64,000 nucleotides of DNA from Chloroflexota bacterium (GTDB lineage Bacteria > Chloroflexota > Dormibacteria > CF-121): positions 6,060 to 70,059 of the forward strand of contig VBHC01000111.1 in the NCBI GenBank assembly GCA_005889535.1, written 5' to 3'. Of this stretch, positions 9,872 through 21,230 are shown one piece after another; within the stretch, counting starts at the first letter, position 1; the number at the start of each line of letters is the position of its first letter. The notes under the pieces were generated by a model. The model was not told the DNA's origin. It did no database searches and saw only the letters and a list, made by a program, of their open reading frames with translations. The position numbers and the translations under genes were made by a program.

Positions 9872-10282
9872 ATGGGGAAACATGCCCGGCCGGCCGTGAT
9901 GGCGATCCTGATCAGCTTTGGCTTACAGGGGGCGATCGTCGTCGTGGGCTGGCTGTTCGGCGGCGCCTTTGGTACGCCGATTCCGGATGGCAAATCCAGT
10001 GGAATCAGCTCGAGCCTGTTGGGCGGGTCGTCGGACCTGTCCATGCTGCTCGTCGGCGTCAACGTCGTCGTGACCGCCGTGCCGACATTTATCCTGGTTC
10101 GTCCGTCGACGTCCCGCCGGCTTGGCCTCATCGGCCTGGGGCTGCTGGCGGCCCTGGTCGTCGTTGGACCGCTGCTCCTGGTGGCCCGCGACTTCCAGGT
10201 GAACACGGTAGCGCTGGTGCTCGACATCGTCCTGGCCGTGATTGCCGGGCGGCTGGGCATCGCGATCAGTCGTGATATGTGA
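9872..10282 (+). CDS. small 4-TM membrane protein (possible GtrA-like accessory/flippase; hypothetical)
   Basis: 136 aa with four hydrophobic segments, starting 4 nt after the GT87-like gene. No recognisable motif. Confidence 0.4.
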   Translation: MGKHARPAVMAILISFGLQGAIVVVGWLFGGAFGTPIPDGKSSGISSSLLGGSSDLSMLLVGVNVVVTAVPTFILVRPSTSRRLGLIGLGLLAALVVVGPLLLVARDFQVNTVALVLDIVLAVIAGRLGIAISRDM

Positions 10283-10301
10283 TGTCGTCGCCGCCTGATC
10301 C

Positions 10302-10892
10302 CTACGCTTGCGGGAGCAGCTTTTCAAGTGGTACCGGGAACCGAAAGCTGGGTGGCTCTTTGGAGCTGAGCGACGTCTCCTCCAGAATCTCACGCTGATG
10401 GAAAAGCCAGAGAATGCGCTGTGAACGCACGCCGAGTTTGGCCCTCTTGCCATCAAGATCGAGGCTTGCGTTAACACCTCGCGGATTCGCTGAAGCGCCC
10501 TGGAATATCCAGCTCAATGTCATGGGCCGCGAGAGTTCGTGTTGCAGCGTCGCTGCGAACTGATCGAGATCACTGCCGCCGTTGATCTGCCACTGTGCGA
10601 CCGGATGACCCAGGTCCATCTGATCATGATCCGTGAGGTCCGTCAGCGCGGTCCAGCGCAAACCGATCTGCGGAGATTCGGACCATACGACCAGGGAAAT
10701 TCCTCCCAGCCAGTGGTGCGGAACGATAAGCAAGGCTACGCCCGGGCCTTCTCCGGTTACGAAAGTCTCAGCCGGCTCGACCATGCCTGGTGCACGTGAC
10801 TCGAGCTCCTGGCGCACCCTGGCGATGACCTGGCCGTGCTCGGTGGAGGTTTCATATTGCCGGGCAGCTCCCAACGCCAGGTATTCACTCAT
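10302..10892 (-). CDS. hypothetical protein (lower-GC island)
   Basis: 196-aa ORF starting 20 nt downstream of the prfB stop. GC is visibly lower (~58-60%) than the flanks. No recognisable domain. Confidence 0.45.
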   Translation of the reverse strand: MSEYLALGAARQYETSTEHGQVIARVRQELESRAPGMVEPAETFVTGEGPGVALLIVPHHWLGGISLVVWSESPQIGLRWTALTDLTDHDQMDLGHPVAQWQINGGSDLDQFAATLQHELSRPMTLSWIFQGASANPRGVNASLDLDGKRAKLGVRSQRILWLFHQREILEETSLSSKEPPSFRFPVPLEKLLPQA

Positions 10893-10912
10893 GAGCTTCG
10901 GGCTCGAGCGAG

Positions 10913-12029
10913 TTAGGCTGCCTTCCCCTCGCGGCCCGCGTCCCAGCGGAGGAAGGCTTCCATGAATGCCGAAAGATCGCCATCCAGGACCGCCTGGACA
11001 TTGCCCGTCTCATAACCGGTGCGGTGGTCCTTGACCAGCGTGTAGGGGTGCAGGACGTAGCTGCGGATCTGGCTCCCCCACTCATTGGACTGATGCTCGC
11101 CTTTCAGCTCCTGCCGCTGCTCCGACCGCTGCTGTTCGCGGAGCGCCACCAGCCGGGAGCGGAGCACCTTCATCGCCATGTCGCGGTTCTTGATCTGTGA
11201 CCGCTCGTTCTGGCAAGTGACGATGATGCCGGTTGGCAGATGTGTCATGCGCACCGCCGACGACGTCTTGTTGACGTGCTGGCCGCCGGCGCCGCTCGAG
11301 CGGTAGACGTCGACCTTCAGGTCCTCCGGCCGGATCTCGACGTCGGCAGCCTCCTCGATCTCGGGGATCACCTCGACCAGCGCGAACGACGTATGCCGCC
11401 GGTGGGCCTGGTCGAAGGGCGACAGCCGCACCAGCCGGTGGACCCCGCGCTCGGCACGTAACCAGCCAAAGGCGCGCTTGCCGGAAATCCGGACGGTGAC
11501 GCTCTTGTAGCCGGCCTCTTCACCAGGCGACTCGTCCAGGATCTCGCCCTGCATCTTGGTGCGCTCCGCCCAACGCAGGTACATGCGCAGCAGCATCTCG
11601 GTCCAATCCTGCGAGTCGGTTCCGCCCGCGCCCGCGTGGATGCTGACCAACGCCGGATGCTCGGCATAGGGGTTGGCGAAGAGCAGGTCGACCTCCTGCT
11701 TGCCGACGTCAGCATCAAGAGCGCGCAGCTCCTGTTCGAGCGTGCTCTGCAGATGGCCGTCGTCCTCGGCGATGGCCAGCTCGGCCAGGCCGACGATGTC
11801 GCGCGCTCGAGCTTCGAGCTTTCGCCAGACCTGGACCTCTTCCCGCAACCCTTTCGACTCCTGGGCGAGCCGCTGGGCTCGCTGGGGGTCCTGCCAGATG
11901 TTCGGGTCGGCTAGATCGCGCTGCAGCCCGTCGAGGCGCTGGCCTTTGTTGGGCAGGTCAAAGATGCTCCTGGAGCTGGAGGATCTTTTTCAAGAGATCG
12001 TTCGCGCGCTCGAGGATCTGTTCCATCAT
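10913..12029 (-). CDS. prfB: peptide chain release factor 2, with programmed +1 ribosomal frameshift
   Basis: Frame 0 reads ATGATGGAACAG...CAG GAG CAT CTT TGA C, i.e. MMEQILERANDLLKKILQLQEHL* with the canonical CUU UGA C shift site (plus strand 11957..11963). The +1 frame continues DLPNKGQRLDGL... through the SPF and GGQ motifs. A Shine-Dalgarno-like GGAGG lies just upstream of the shift site. Confidence 0.9.
11957..11963 (-). other. prfB: RF2 programmed +1 frameshift site (CUU UGA C)
   Basis: Plus-strand gtcaaag is CUUUGAC on the minus strand, exactly where frame 0 of prfB terminates. Confidence 0.85.
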
Positions 12030-12299
12030 TCAGTGCCCGTGGCAGTTCTTGAATCGCTTGCCGCTGCCGCAGGGGCAGATGTCGTTACGTCCGACGCCGG
12101 CGAAGTTCAGCGACGGTGGGCGGCGGAACGGCAACCGGGCAGGGGCGGCCGGCGCAGCGCTGCCCGCTTTCGGGGGCGTCGGCGCCTGCGTGACATCCTC
12201 CGCGCGTACCGGGTTGGCAGCGGCCGCGGCCCGGGCCCGGTCCGCTTTGGACCCGGCCGGCTTGACCTTGGCCGACGTGGTCGCCTTCTTCTTGGCCAT
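12030..12299 (-). CDS. small SEC-C zinc-finger motif protein (stand-alone copy of the SecA C-terminal tail)
   Basis: 89 aa, Ala/Lys/Pro-rich, ending ..[20 protein letters not shown], which parallels the SecA C-terminus [21 protein letters not shown]. It lies between secA and prfB, and its stop abuts the prfB ATG. Confidence 0.55.
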   Translation of the reverse strand: MAKKKATTSAKVKPAGSKADRARAAAAANPVRAEDVTQAPTPPKAGSAAPAAPARLPFRRPPSLNFAGVGRNDICPCGSGKRFKNCHGH

Positions 12300-12311
12300 C
12301 GGCGCTACATC

Positions 12312-14888
<2,577 letters not shown>

Positions 14889-14955
14889 GGATTACACGCT
14901 ATGCCGCAACCAGTAAGCATACCCGGCCTCCGGCGGGCCAAACGAGAACTCGCCT

Positions 14956-15516
14956 TCAGCTGAGGTCGGCTTCCACCAGGCCCAGCGAGCCGTCGTGGCG
15001 CCGGTAGAGCAGGTTCAGCTCCTGGCTGTCCTCGTTGAGAAAGAGAAAGAAGGCGTGACCCAGGCCCTCCATCTGGTCGCGGGCCTGCTCCTCCGACATG
15101 GGCCGCATTTTGAAGCGCTTGACTCTGGCTACCCCATTGGGCCTGACTGCCGTGGTAGCCGACGTCGTCGGGATCTGGGCGGCTACGGCCGCCGGCTTCG
15201 CCTTGCGATGGTCCTTGAGCTTCTCTTTATGCTCCCGAATCTGCCGGACCATCTTGTCGATCACGAGATCGACCGCCTCGTTCATGTGACCGGCCGACTG
15301 AACGGCCTTGAGGATGTTGCCGGTGCGCCCCGTTACGTGCACGGTCAGCTCGGCCACCTTCATGTTCTCGAGACTCTTGTTCTTCTCGGTACCCAGCTCC
15401 ATACGCGCTTCCAGGATATGGTCGAAGTGGCGCGCCAGCTTCTCGAGCTTGGCCTGCGCGTACGCCTTGATCTGGGGATCGGCCGCGGACTTCTTGGCCT
15501 GAATCAAGATCTCCAT
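14956..15516 (-). CDS. hpf: ribosome hibernation-promoting factor (long HPF / sigma-54 modulation protein family)
   Basis: MEILIQAKK...VHVTGRTGNIL at the N-terminus and a C-terminal dimerisation domain. An AGGAGG sits 5 nt upstream of the ATG at 15514..15516. The order hpf-secA-prfB matches Bacillus. Confidence 0.8.
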   Translation of the reverse strand: MEILIQAKKSAADPQIKAYAQAKLEKLARHFDHILEARMELGTEKNKSLENMKVAELTVHVTGRTGNILKAVQSAGHMNEAVDLVIDKMVRQIREHKEKLKDHRKAKPAAVAAQIPTTSATTAVRPNGVARVKRFKMRPMSEEQARDQMEGLGHAFFLFLNEDSQELNLLYRRHDGSLGLVEADLS

Positions 15517-15546
15517 GGTCGCCTCCTGTGAGATCTTTGTGCCCCG

Positions 15547-15552
15547 AGTATA
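15547..15552 (-). promoter_or_regulatory. candidate -10 element (TATACT) upstream of hpf
   Basis: Minus-strand TATACT lies ~25 nt upstream of the hpf Shine-Dalgarno sequence. No convincing -35. Confidence 0.25.
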
Positions 15553-15604
15553 GAGCACGCGCTTCGCCGATTCGGCAGCGCGAGCGGCGGCGCCTCTGGT
15601 TGTC

Positions 15605-16747
15605 CTAGTGGCCCGGCCGTTCGTTGGCGCGACGATCGGGGAAGACCCGCGACAGCTCGGGCGGGATCGGCACACCAGCCGCGAAGAGCTTGTCCATGAT
15701 GTGCGGCCGGATGCCGGTCGGCCGGAAGACGCCGGTCATCACGCCCTCCTTGCTGATGCCGTGCGATTCGTAGAGAAAGATCTCCTGCATGGTGATGGTG
15801 TCGCCTTCCATGCCCGTGATCTCAGTGATGCTCGTGACCTTGCGCTGACCGTCGCGCATGCGCGAGAGCTGGACGATCAGATCGATGGCCGAGGCCACCT
15901 GCTGCCGGATTGCCCTCATGGGCAGATCGATGCCCGCCATCAGCACCATCGTCTCCAGCCGGGACAGGGCATCACGGGTGGTGTTGGCGTGCAGCGTCGT
16001 GATCGAGCCGTCGTGGCCGGTGTTCATCGCCTGCAACATGTCCAGCGCCTCGCCGGCACGGCACTCGCCGACCACGATCCGGTCCGGGCGCATACGCAGG
16101 GCGTTGATGACGAGATCGCGGATGCCGACCCGATTTTCCCCGTTGAGGTCCGGAGGCCGTGACTCCATCCGGCAGACGTGCTCCTGGTGGAGTTGCAACT
16201 CGGCCGCGTCTTCGATGGTCACGATCCGCTCGTCGGGCGGGATGAACGAGGAGGCAACGTTGAGCAACGTCGTCTTTCCCGTCCCGGTCCCTCCCGAGAT
16301 CATGATGTTCGCCCGGGCCATGACACAGGCCTTGAGAAAGCCGACCGCCTCATTGGTGATCGTCCCGAAGTTCACGAGGTCCTCGGACTGGTAGGGATCG
16401 CGGGAGAACTTTCGAATCGTCAGCATTGGCCCGTCCAGGGCAATCGGCGAGATGACCGCATTGACGCGGGAGCCGTCCAGCAGGCGGGCGTCGACCATCG
16501 GAGTGCGGAAATCGATCCGCCGGCCGACGGCGGAGACGATGAAGTCGATGACGCGGAGCAGGTGGTTCTCGTCGTCGAACTTTCGGTCCGTCAGCAGGAT
16601 CTTGCCGTTGCGCTCGACGTAGATGTTTTCATGGCCGTTGACCATGACCTCCGTCAAGCTGTCGTCGAGGACCAGATCGCGAATCGGTCCCAGCGCCTCG
16701 TAATAACGGGCAAGCTCGTCCTGCGAAACCTCGGACGCATTGACCAT
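15605..16747 (-). CDS. CpaF/TadA-family pilus-assembly ATPase, second (N-terminally short) paralog
   Basis: Walker A GGTGTGKTT and Asp/His boxes. The whole ATPase core is highly similar to the gene at 19712..21133 but lacks its ~90-aa N-terminal extension. Confidence 0.8.
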   Translation of the reverse strand: MVNASEVSQDELARYYEALGPIRDLVLDDSLTEVMVNGHENIYVERNGKILLTDRKFDDENHLLRVIDFIVSAVGRRIDFRTPMVDARLLDGSRVNAVISPIALDGPMLTIRKFSRDPYQSEDLVNFGTITNEAVGFLKACVMARANIMISGGTGTGKTTLLNVASSFIPPDERIVTIEDAAELQLHQEHVCRMESRPPDLNGENRVGIRDLVINALRMRPDRIVVGECRAGEALDMLQAMNTGHDGSITTLHANTTRDALSRLETMVLMAGIDLPMRAIRQQVASAIDLIVQLSRMRDGQRKVTSITEITGMEGDTITMQEIFLYESHGISKEGVMTGVFRPTGIRPHIMDKLFAAGVPIPPELSRVFPDRRANERPGH

Positions 16748-16775
16748 CTAAGCCACAATCCCCCAAAACCGAGAT

Positions 16776-17429
16776 TCAGGGACAGGTGGACTGTCCGGGG
16801 AATGTAACGGCGAGTGCCGGCAAAGTTTGCGCCCTGGCGAGCGCCAGGAAGGCCCCGATCGAGCCGCCCGCTCGGCCAACGGCTTCGGCGGCAGCTTCCA
16901 GGGTGGCGCCCGTGGTGCTCACGTCGTCGACCAGCGCCAGCTGCTCAGGGGGCGGCTGGGTCCCCGACCAGCAAAAGGCCCCCACCATGTTGGCTCGGCG
17001 CTCGGTCTCCCCCAGGCCGACCTGTGCGGGCGTGGCCCGCACTCGGGACAGGCTGGCGACCACCGGCAGCCCGAGCGCCTGACCCAGGCACCGCGCCAGC
17101 CGCTCAGCCTGATTGAAGCCGCGCTCGCGCTGGCGAGCCGCGTGAAGCGGGACGAACGTCAGCACCGCGATCCTGATGCCGGACTCGCGGACCGCGCCGG
17201 CGAGGCACGCCGAAAGCGCGGTCGCCAGCTCCGGCCGGGGACGGTACTTGTACGTGTGGATGGCGCGCTGCAGCGGACCGTCCAGCCGGCCAACGGTGAT
17301 CAGCGGAATCCCGGCCACCATGCCCGGCGGCATTGGCGGGACGCGCGCCGCACAGCGACCGCACCAGCTGGCGCCATACGCGCCACAACCGCCGCAGCGC
17401 GGCGGAAAAATCAGATCGAGGAAACCCAC
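16776..17429 (-). CDS. comF: ComF-family protein (double zinc-ribbon + phosphoribosyltransferase domain)
   Basis: N-terminal CxxC..CxxC (PPRCGGCGAYGASWCGRC) and a PRTase motif VDDVSTTGATL. Confidence 0.75.
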   Translation of the reverse strand: MGFLDLIFPPRCGGCGAYGASWCGRCAARVPPMPPGMVAGIPLITVGRLDGPLQRAIHTYKYRPRPELATALSACLAGAVRESGIRIAVLTFVPLHAARQRERGFNQAERLARCLGQALGLPVVASLSRVRATPAQVGLGETERRANMVGAFCWSGTQPPPEQLALVDDVSTTGATLEAAAEAVGRAGGSIGAFLALARAQTLPALAVTFPGQSTCP

Positions 17430-17774
17430 TCAGGCGGCGATGAGCAGCTGGTCGCCGGCCTTGATGGCGTACCGCCGGATGGTGCCGGCCGGCAGCTCGG
17501 CGACCCTGTCGGCGCGCCAGACGAGTGGCACCAGCCCAATCCAGGGCAGCAGCCGTTCGTAGGTCTTCACGACGACCCCCTTCTTGTCGACGAAGACGGC
17601 ATCGATCGGGAAGCGCATGAACATCATGTGGATCCCATTGCAGCCGTGGATCAGCAGCCCACCGTTCTCCGGGAGGCGCCGGCGGCCCATCAGGCCAAGG
17701 CCACGCGCGATGAAATTGCTCGCCATCTCGAGGGGTTGCGCGACGATCGTCCCGTCCTCTTTTGTTAGCCGCAA
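17430..17774 (-). CDS. DUF192 domain protein
   Basis: ARGLGLMGRRRLPENGGLLIHGCNGIHMMFMRFPIDAVFVDKKGVVV matches the DUF192/COG1430 consensus. Its stop abuts the comF start. Confidence 0.6.
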   Translation of the reverse strand: MRLTKEDGTIVAQPLEMASNFIARGLGLMGRRRLPENGGLLIHGCNGIHMMFMRFPIDAVFVDKKGVVVKTYERLLPWIGLVPLVWRADRVAELPAGTIRRYAIKAGDQLLIAA

Positions 17775-17830
17775 AACTTCTTCTCCGTATTATACGACCG
17801 GGCGGTCCGGGGCCGCCGCCACGGCGCGTT

Positions 17831-18757
17831 TTATTTGTGCTGGAAGGTGTGGATGATGATGATGACCGCCGGTCCCATCAGCACGATGAACAGGGTCGGG
17901 AAGATACAGCCGATCATCGGGAAGAGCATCTTCAACGGGGCCTGGGCCGCCTGTTCCTCGGCGCGCTGACGGCGGCGGCGGCGCATCTCTTCGGACTGAA
18001 TCCGCAGGACTTTCGCGATACCGACGCCGAGCTGCTCGGACTGGATCAGCGCCTGGATGAAGGTGTGCAGCTCCTCGACGCCGGAGCGGCGACCCATGTC
18101 ATCGAGCGCCTCGAGTCGGGGCCGGCCGAGCCGGATTTCGTTGAGCACCTGAGCGAACTCATCGGACAGCGCATTCTTGAACTTCTCCGTCAGGCGGCCG
18201 ATGGCAGCATCGAAGCCAAGCCCGGCCTCGACCGAGATGGTCAGCAAGTCCAGCGCGTTCGGCAGCGCGAGTCGAAGTTCTTTCTGCCGACCCTTGATCT
18301 TGTTGTTCAGCCAGACGTCGGGCAGGTACCGCCCCAGCAGGAAGGCGACACCGCCGGCGCCCAGCCGCAGCGGAAAGCTGGTGCTGAAGACCAGGCCGCC
18401 AATCCAGAAGCCCAGTAACGCGACGACGATGCCGGCGATCACCTTGAAGACCTCGAAGCCGTTGACGCTGAGCGCATACGGTCGACCGGCAAGGTTGATC
18501 TTGTTCTGGAGCACAATCTGCCGGTTCTTCGCCATGCGGGCGGTGAGCAGGCTGCCCAACCGCTCGAGCGCCGGCTTGATGAAGCGCTCGCTGAAGGGCA
18601 GCGAGAGCTCGATCTCGTCGAGGGTCAAGTTGTGATCGCGGTACTGCGCCAGCCGTTCCGCGATCAGGTCCTGTCGCGGCTTTGCGGTGACGGCCTGGAT
18701 CGCGATGAAGACACCGCTGAAGGCCAGGAAGGCGAAGACGATAGTAAAAATGTTCAT
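17831..18757 (-). CDS. tadC: Flp pilus assembly protein TadC (T2SS-F domain)
   Basis: Three-TM T2SS-F/GspF-like membrane protein adjacent to tadB. Confidence 0.75.
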   Translation of the reverse strand: MNIFTIVFAFLAFSGVFIAIQAVTAKPRQDLIAERLAQYRDHNLTLDEIELSLPFSERFIKPALERLGSLLTARMAKNRQIVLQNKINLAGRPYALSVNGFEVFKVIAGIVVALLGFWIGGLVFSTSFPLRLGAGGVAFLLGRYLPDVWLNNKIKGRQKELRLALPNALDLLTISVEAGLGFDAAIGRLTEKFKNALSDEFAQVLNEIRLGRPRLEALDDMGRRSGVEELHTFIQALIQSEQLGVGIAKVLRIQSEEMRRRRRQRAEEQAAQAPLKMLFPMIGCIFPTLFIVLMGPAVIIIIHTFQHK

Positions 18758-18760
18758 TCG

Positions 18761-19711
18761 CTACACCTGGATGTTCGTGATTTTCGAGATGATGCCGTAG
18801 CCGATGGCGATCGAGACCAGGCCCATCCCGATCAGGACGTAGCCAAGCCATTCGTGGAACAGGGGCGTGATATAGCTGGGTGAGATGAAGGTCAGGATCA
18901 GGGCCAGCGCGAACGGCAGCCCCGTGATGATGTAGCCGGAGGCGCGCGCCTGGGCCGTCAGGGTCCGGATTTCACCCTGGATCCGGATCCGCTCCCGGAT
19001 CGTGAAGGCGATGGTGTCGAGGATCTCCGCCAGGTTGCCGCCGACCACCCGGTGGATCTGCACCGCGGTGACCATCAGGTCGAAGTCTTCGCTCTCGATG
19101 CGCTTGACCATGTGCTGCAGCGCGTCGTCGACCGACACGCCGAGGTTCATCTCGCGGACCGCCCGGCTGAACTCGTCGGCCATGGGCGGCGATGAGCTCT
19201 TGGCGATGGTGGCCATGGCCTGGGCGAATGAATAACCGGCCTTCAGCGCGTTCGACAGGAGGACGATCGTGTCGCCCAGCTGGTTGTTGAAGGCCTTGAG
19301 CCGGCGACGCTGCCGGAACTTCAAGAAGAAACCAGGGATGAAGTAACCCGCCGGGACGCCCGCGAGCGCCAGGACCGGGTTGTGGAAGCGCAGGAAGAGG
19401 ACGGCGCAGAGCAGGAGAATCAGGCCGACGATCAGCATCACGTATTCCGATACGCGCAGCTTGAGGTCCGCCTTGGCCAGCTCCTCGGTCAGCCTCGAAG
19501 TGCGGCCGCCCTTGTTGCGGGTCAGGCTCTTGTTGAAGCCTTCCAGGAAGCCTTCGAAGATGCCACCCTTCTTCGCCGTCGGACTGGCAGCCGGGTTGTA
19601 GCTATCCATGTGCAGCTCAACCTCGCTCGTCTTCCGGCCGGACATCAACGCCATCACGACAATCAGGGCGGCGATCGCTGCCATGGCCGCGAAGAGCAGT
19701 TGGATCGACAC
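18761..19711 (-). CDS. tadB: Flp pilus assembly protein TadB (T2SS-F domain)
   Basis: T2SS-F membrane protein. Its start abuts the cpaF stop. Confidence 0.75.
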   Translation of the reverse strand: MSIQLLFAAMAAIAALIVVMALMSGRKTSEVELHMDSYNPAASPTAKKGGIFEGFLEGFNKSLTRNKGGRTSRLTEELAKADLKLRVSEYVMLIVGLILLLCAVLFLRFHNPVLALAGVPAGYFIPGFFLKFRQRRRLKAFNNQLGDTIVLLSNALKAGYSFAQAMATIAKSSSPPMADEFSRAVREMNLGVSVDDALQHMVKRIESEDFDLMVTAVQIHRVVGGNLAEILDTIAFTIRERIRIQGEIRTLTAQARASGYIITGLPFALALILTFISPSYITPLFHEWLGYVLIGMGLVSIAIGYGIISKITNIQV

Positions 19712-21133
19712 TTACTTGCCTCCTTGCCCGGCAGGATCCGGCACCGGCGTAAAGAGATCCTTTGGCACGCCTTCGCCCGATGACTGCAGGTGATCGAAAT
19801 ACTTGGGAACGATGCCGGTGGCCGTAAACCAGCCCTGCACCTTGCCGTCTTCGCTGACGCCTGTCTGTTTGAACACGAAAATGTCCTGCACCTTTACCTG
19901 GTCCCCGTGCAGTCCGAGCACCTCGCTGACGGCGATGATCTTCCGCGACCCGTCCCGCAAGCGGCTCTGCTGCACGATGACGTTTATGGCGGAAGAGATC
20001 TGTTCCCGGATCGCTCGGGAGGGCAGCTCTGCGCCCGCCATCAACACCAACGTTTCCAGGCGGTTCAAACTGTCACGCGGCGAGTTGGCGTGAATAGTCG
20101 TCAACGATCCGTCATGGCCTGTATTCATCGCCTGGAGCATGTCAAGGGCTTCGCCACCGCGGCACTCCCCTACCACGATCCGATCTGGCCGCATGCGTAA
20201 CGCATTGACCACGAGGTCCCGGATCGCGATCCGGCCTCGGCCCTCCACGGTCGCCGGCCGTGACTCAAGTGTTACAACGTGCTCCTGGTTCAGCTGGAGC
20301 TCGGCGGCATCCTCGACGGTCACCACCCGCTCCTCCTCGGGAATGAAGCTGGACAGGACGTTGAGGGTGGTGGTCTTGCCGGAGCCGGTGCCGCCCGAGA
20401 CCAGCATGTTCAGCCGGGACCGCACGCAGGCCCGCACGAACTGCGCCATCGGGTCGGTCAGGCTGCCGAACTTGATCAGGTCGCTGATCTTGTAGGGGTC
20501 CTTGGAGAACTTTCGGATGGTCAGGATGGGCCCGTTCAGGGAGAGCGGCGGGATGATGACGTTGACGCGGGAGCCGTCCTTCAGCCGGGCGTCGACCATG
20601 GGAGAGCTCTCATCGATGCGCCGCCCGATGGTGGAGACGATCCGGTCGATCACCCGTCGAAGCTGCTCTTCGCTCTCGAACTGAGTGGTGGACAGGGTCA
20701 GCTTTCCCTTGTGCTCGACGAAGATCTGGTCTGGCCCGTTGACCATGATCTCGGTGATGGTCGGATCGCTGATCAGCGCCTCGATCGGGCCCAAGCCGAG
20801 GAAGTCGTTGAGCACCGACTCCAGCAGGCGCTGCTTCTCCGGCTTGGTGAGCGACAGGCCCATCTCCGCCACCACCGCGTTGAGCGCGTCGGTGATGCGG
20901 GCCGCCCGCTGCTCCCGATCTTCGTCTTCGCCCTCGTCGATGTTCTCGATCAGCCGCGCTTGCAGACGGTTCTTGATGCGTTCCGCCTGGAGCTCGAAGG
21001 AGGTGCGTACGCGCGTGGACGACGTACCCTGGCGCGTCCCCGGGGTCCCACCGGCCTGCGGGACGTAGGCGCCCTCGGGCACCGCCGTCGGATCGGGGCC
21101 CTGCTGCTTCTGGACGCGATCGAGGAGCGACAC
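19712..21133 (-). CDS. cpaF: Flp pilus assembly ATPase CpaF/TadA
   Basis: Walker A GGTGSGKTT and the VirB11-like motifs (RPDRIVVGECRGGEALDMLQAMNTGHDGS). Confidence 0.9.
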   Translation of the reverse strand: MSLLDRVQKQQGPDPTAVPEGAYVPQAGGTPGTRQGTSSTRVRTSFELQAERIKNRLQARLIENIDEGEDEDREQRAARITDALNAVVAEMGLSLTKPEKQRLLESVLNDFLGLGPIEALISDPTITEIMVNGPDQIFVEHKGKLTLSTTQFESEEQLRRVIDRIVSTIGRRIDESSPMVDARLKDGSRVNVIIPPLSLNGPILTIRKFSKDPYKISDLIKFGSLTDPMAQFVRACVRSRLNMLVSGGTGSGKTTTLNVLSSFIPEEERVVTVEDAAELQLNQEHVVTLESRPATVEGRGRIAIRDLVVNALRMRPDRIVVGECRGGEALDMLQAMNTGHDGSLTTIHANSPRDSLNRLETLVLMAGAELPSRAIREQISSAINVIVQQSRLRDGSRKIIAVSEVLGLHGDQVKVQDIFVFKQTGVSEDGKVQGWFTATGIVPKYFDHLQSSGEGVPKDLFTPVPDPAGQGGK

Positions 21134-21230
21134 CTAGACCCGCCTCAGCACGGTAACGGAGCGCTGCCGGCAAGTCACGCAGCGTGGTTTGTCCGGGTAG
21201 GCGGCGACCCCCGAATTCATCTCAACCTTC

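Noticed and set aside
8450-9883. 477-aa minus-strand ORF
   Set aside because: Antisense to the GT87-like membrane protein, whose plus-strand translation has coherent TM helices and family motifs. The minus-strand product is low-complexity and R/G/D/E/Q-rich.
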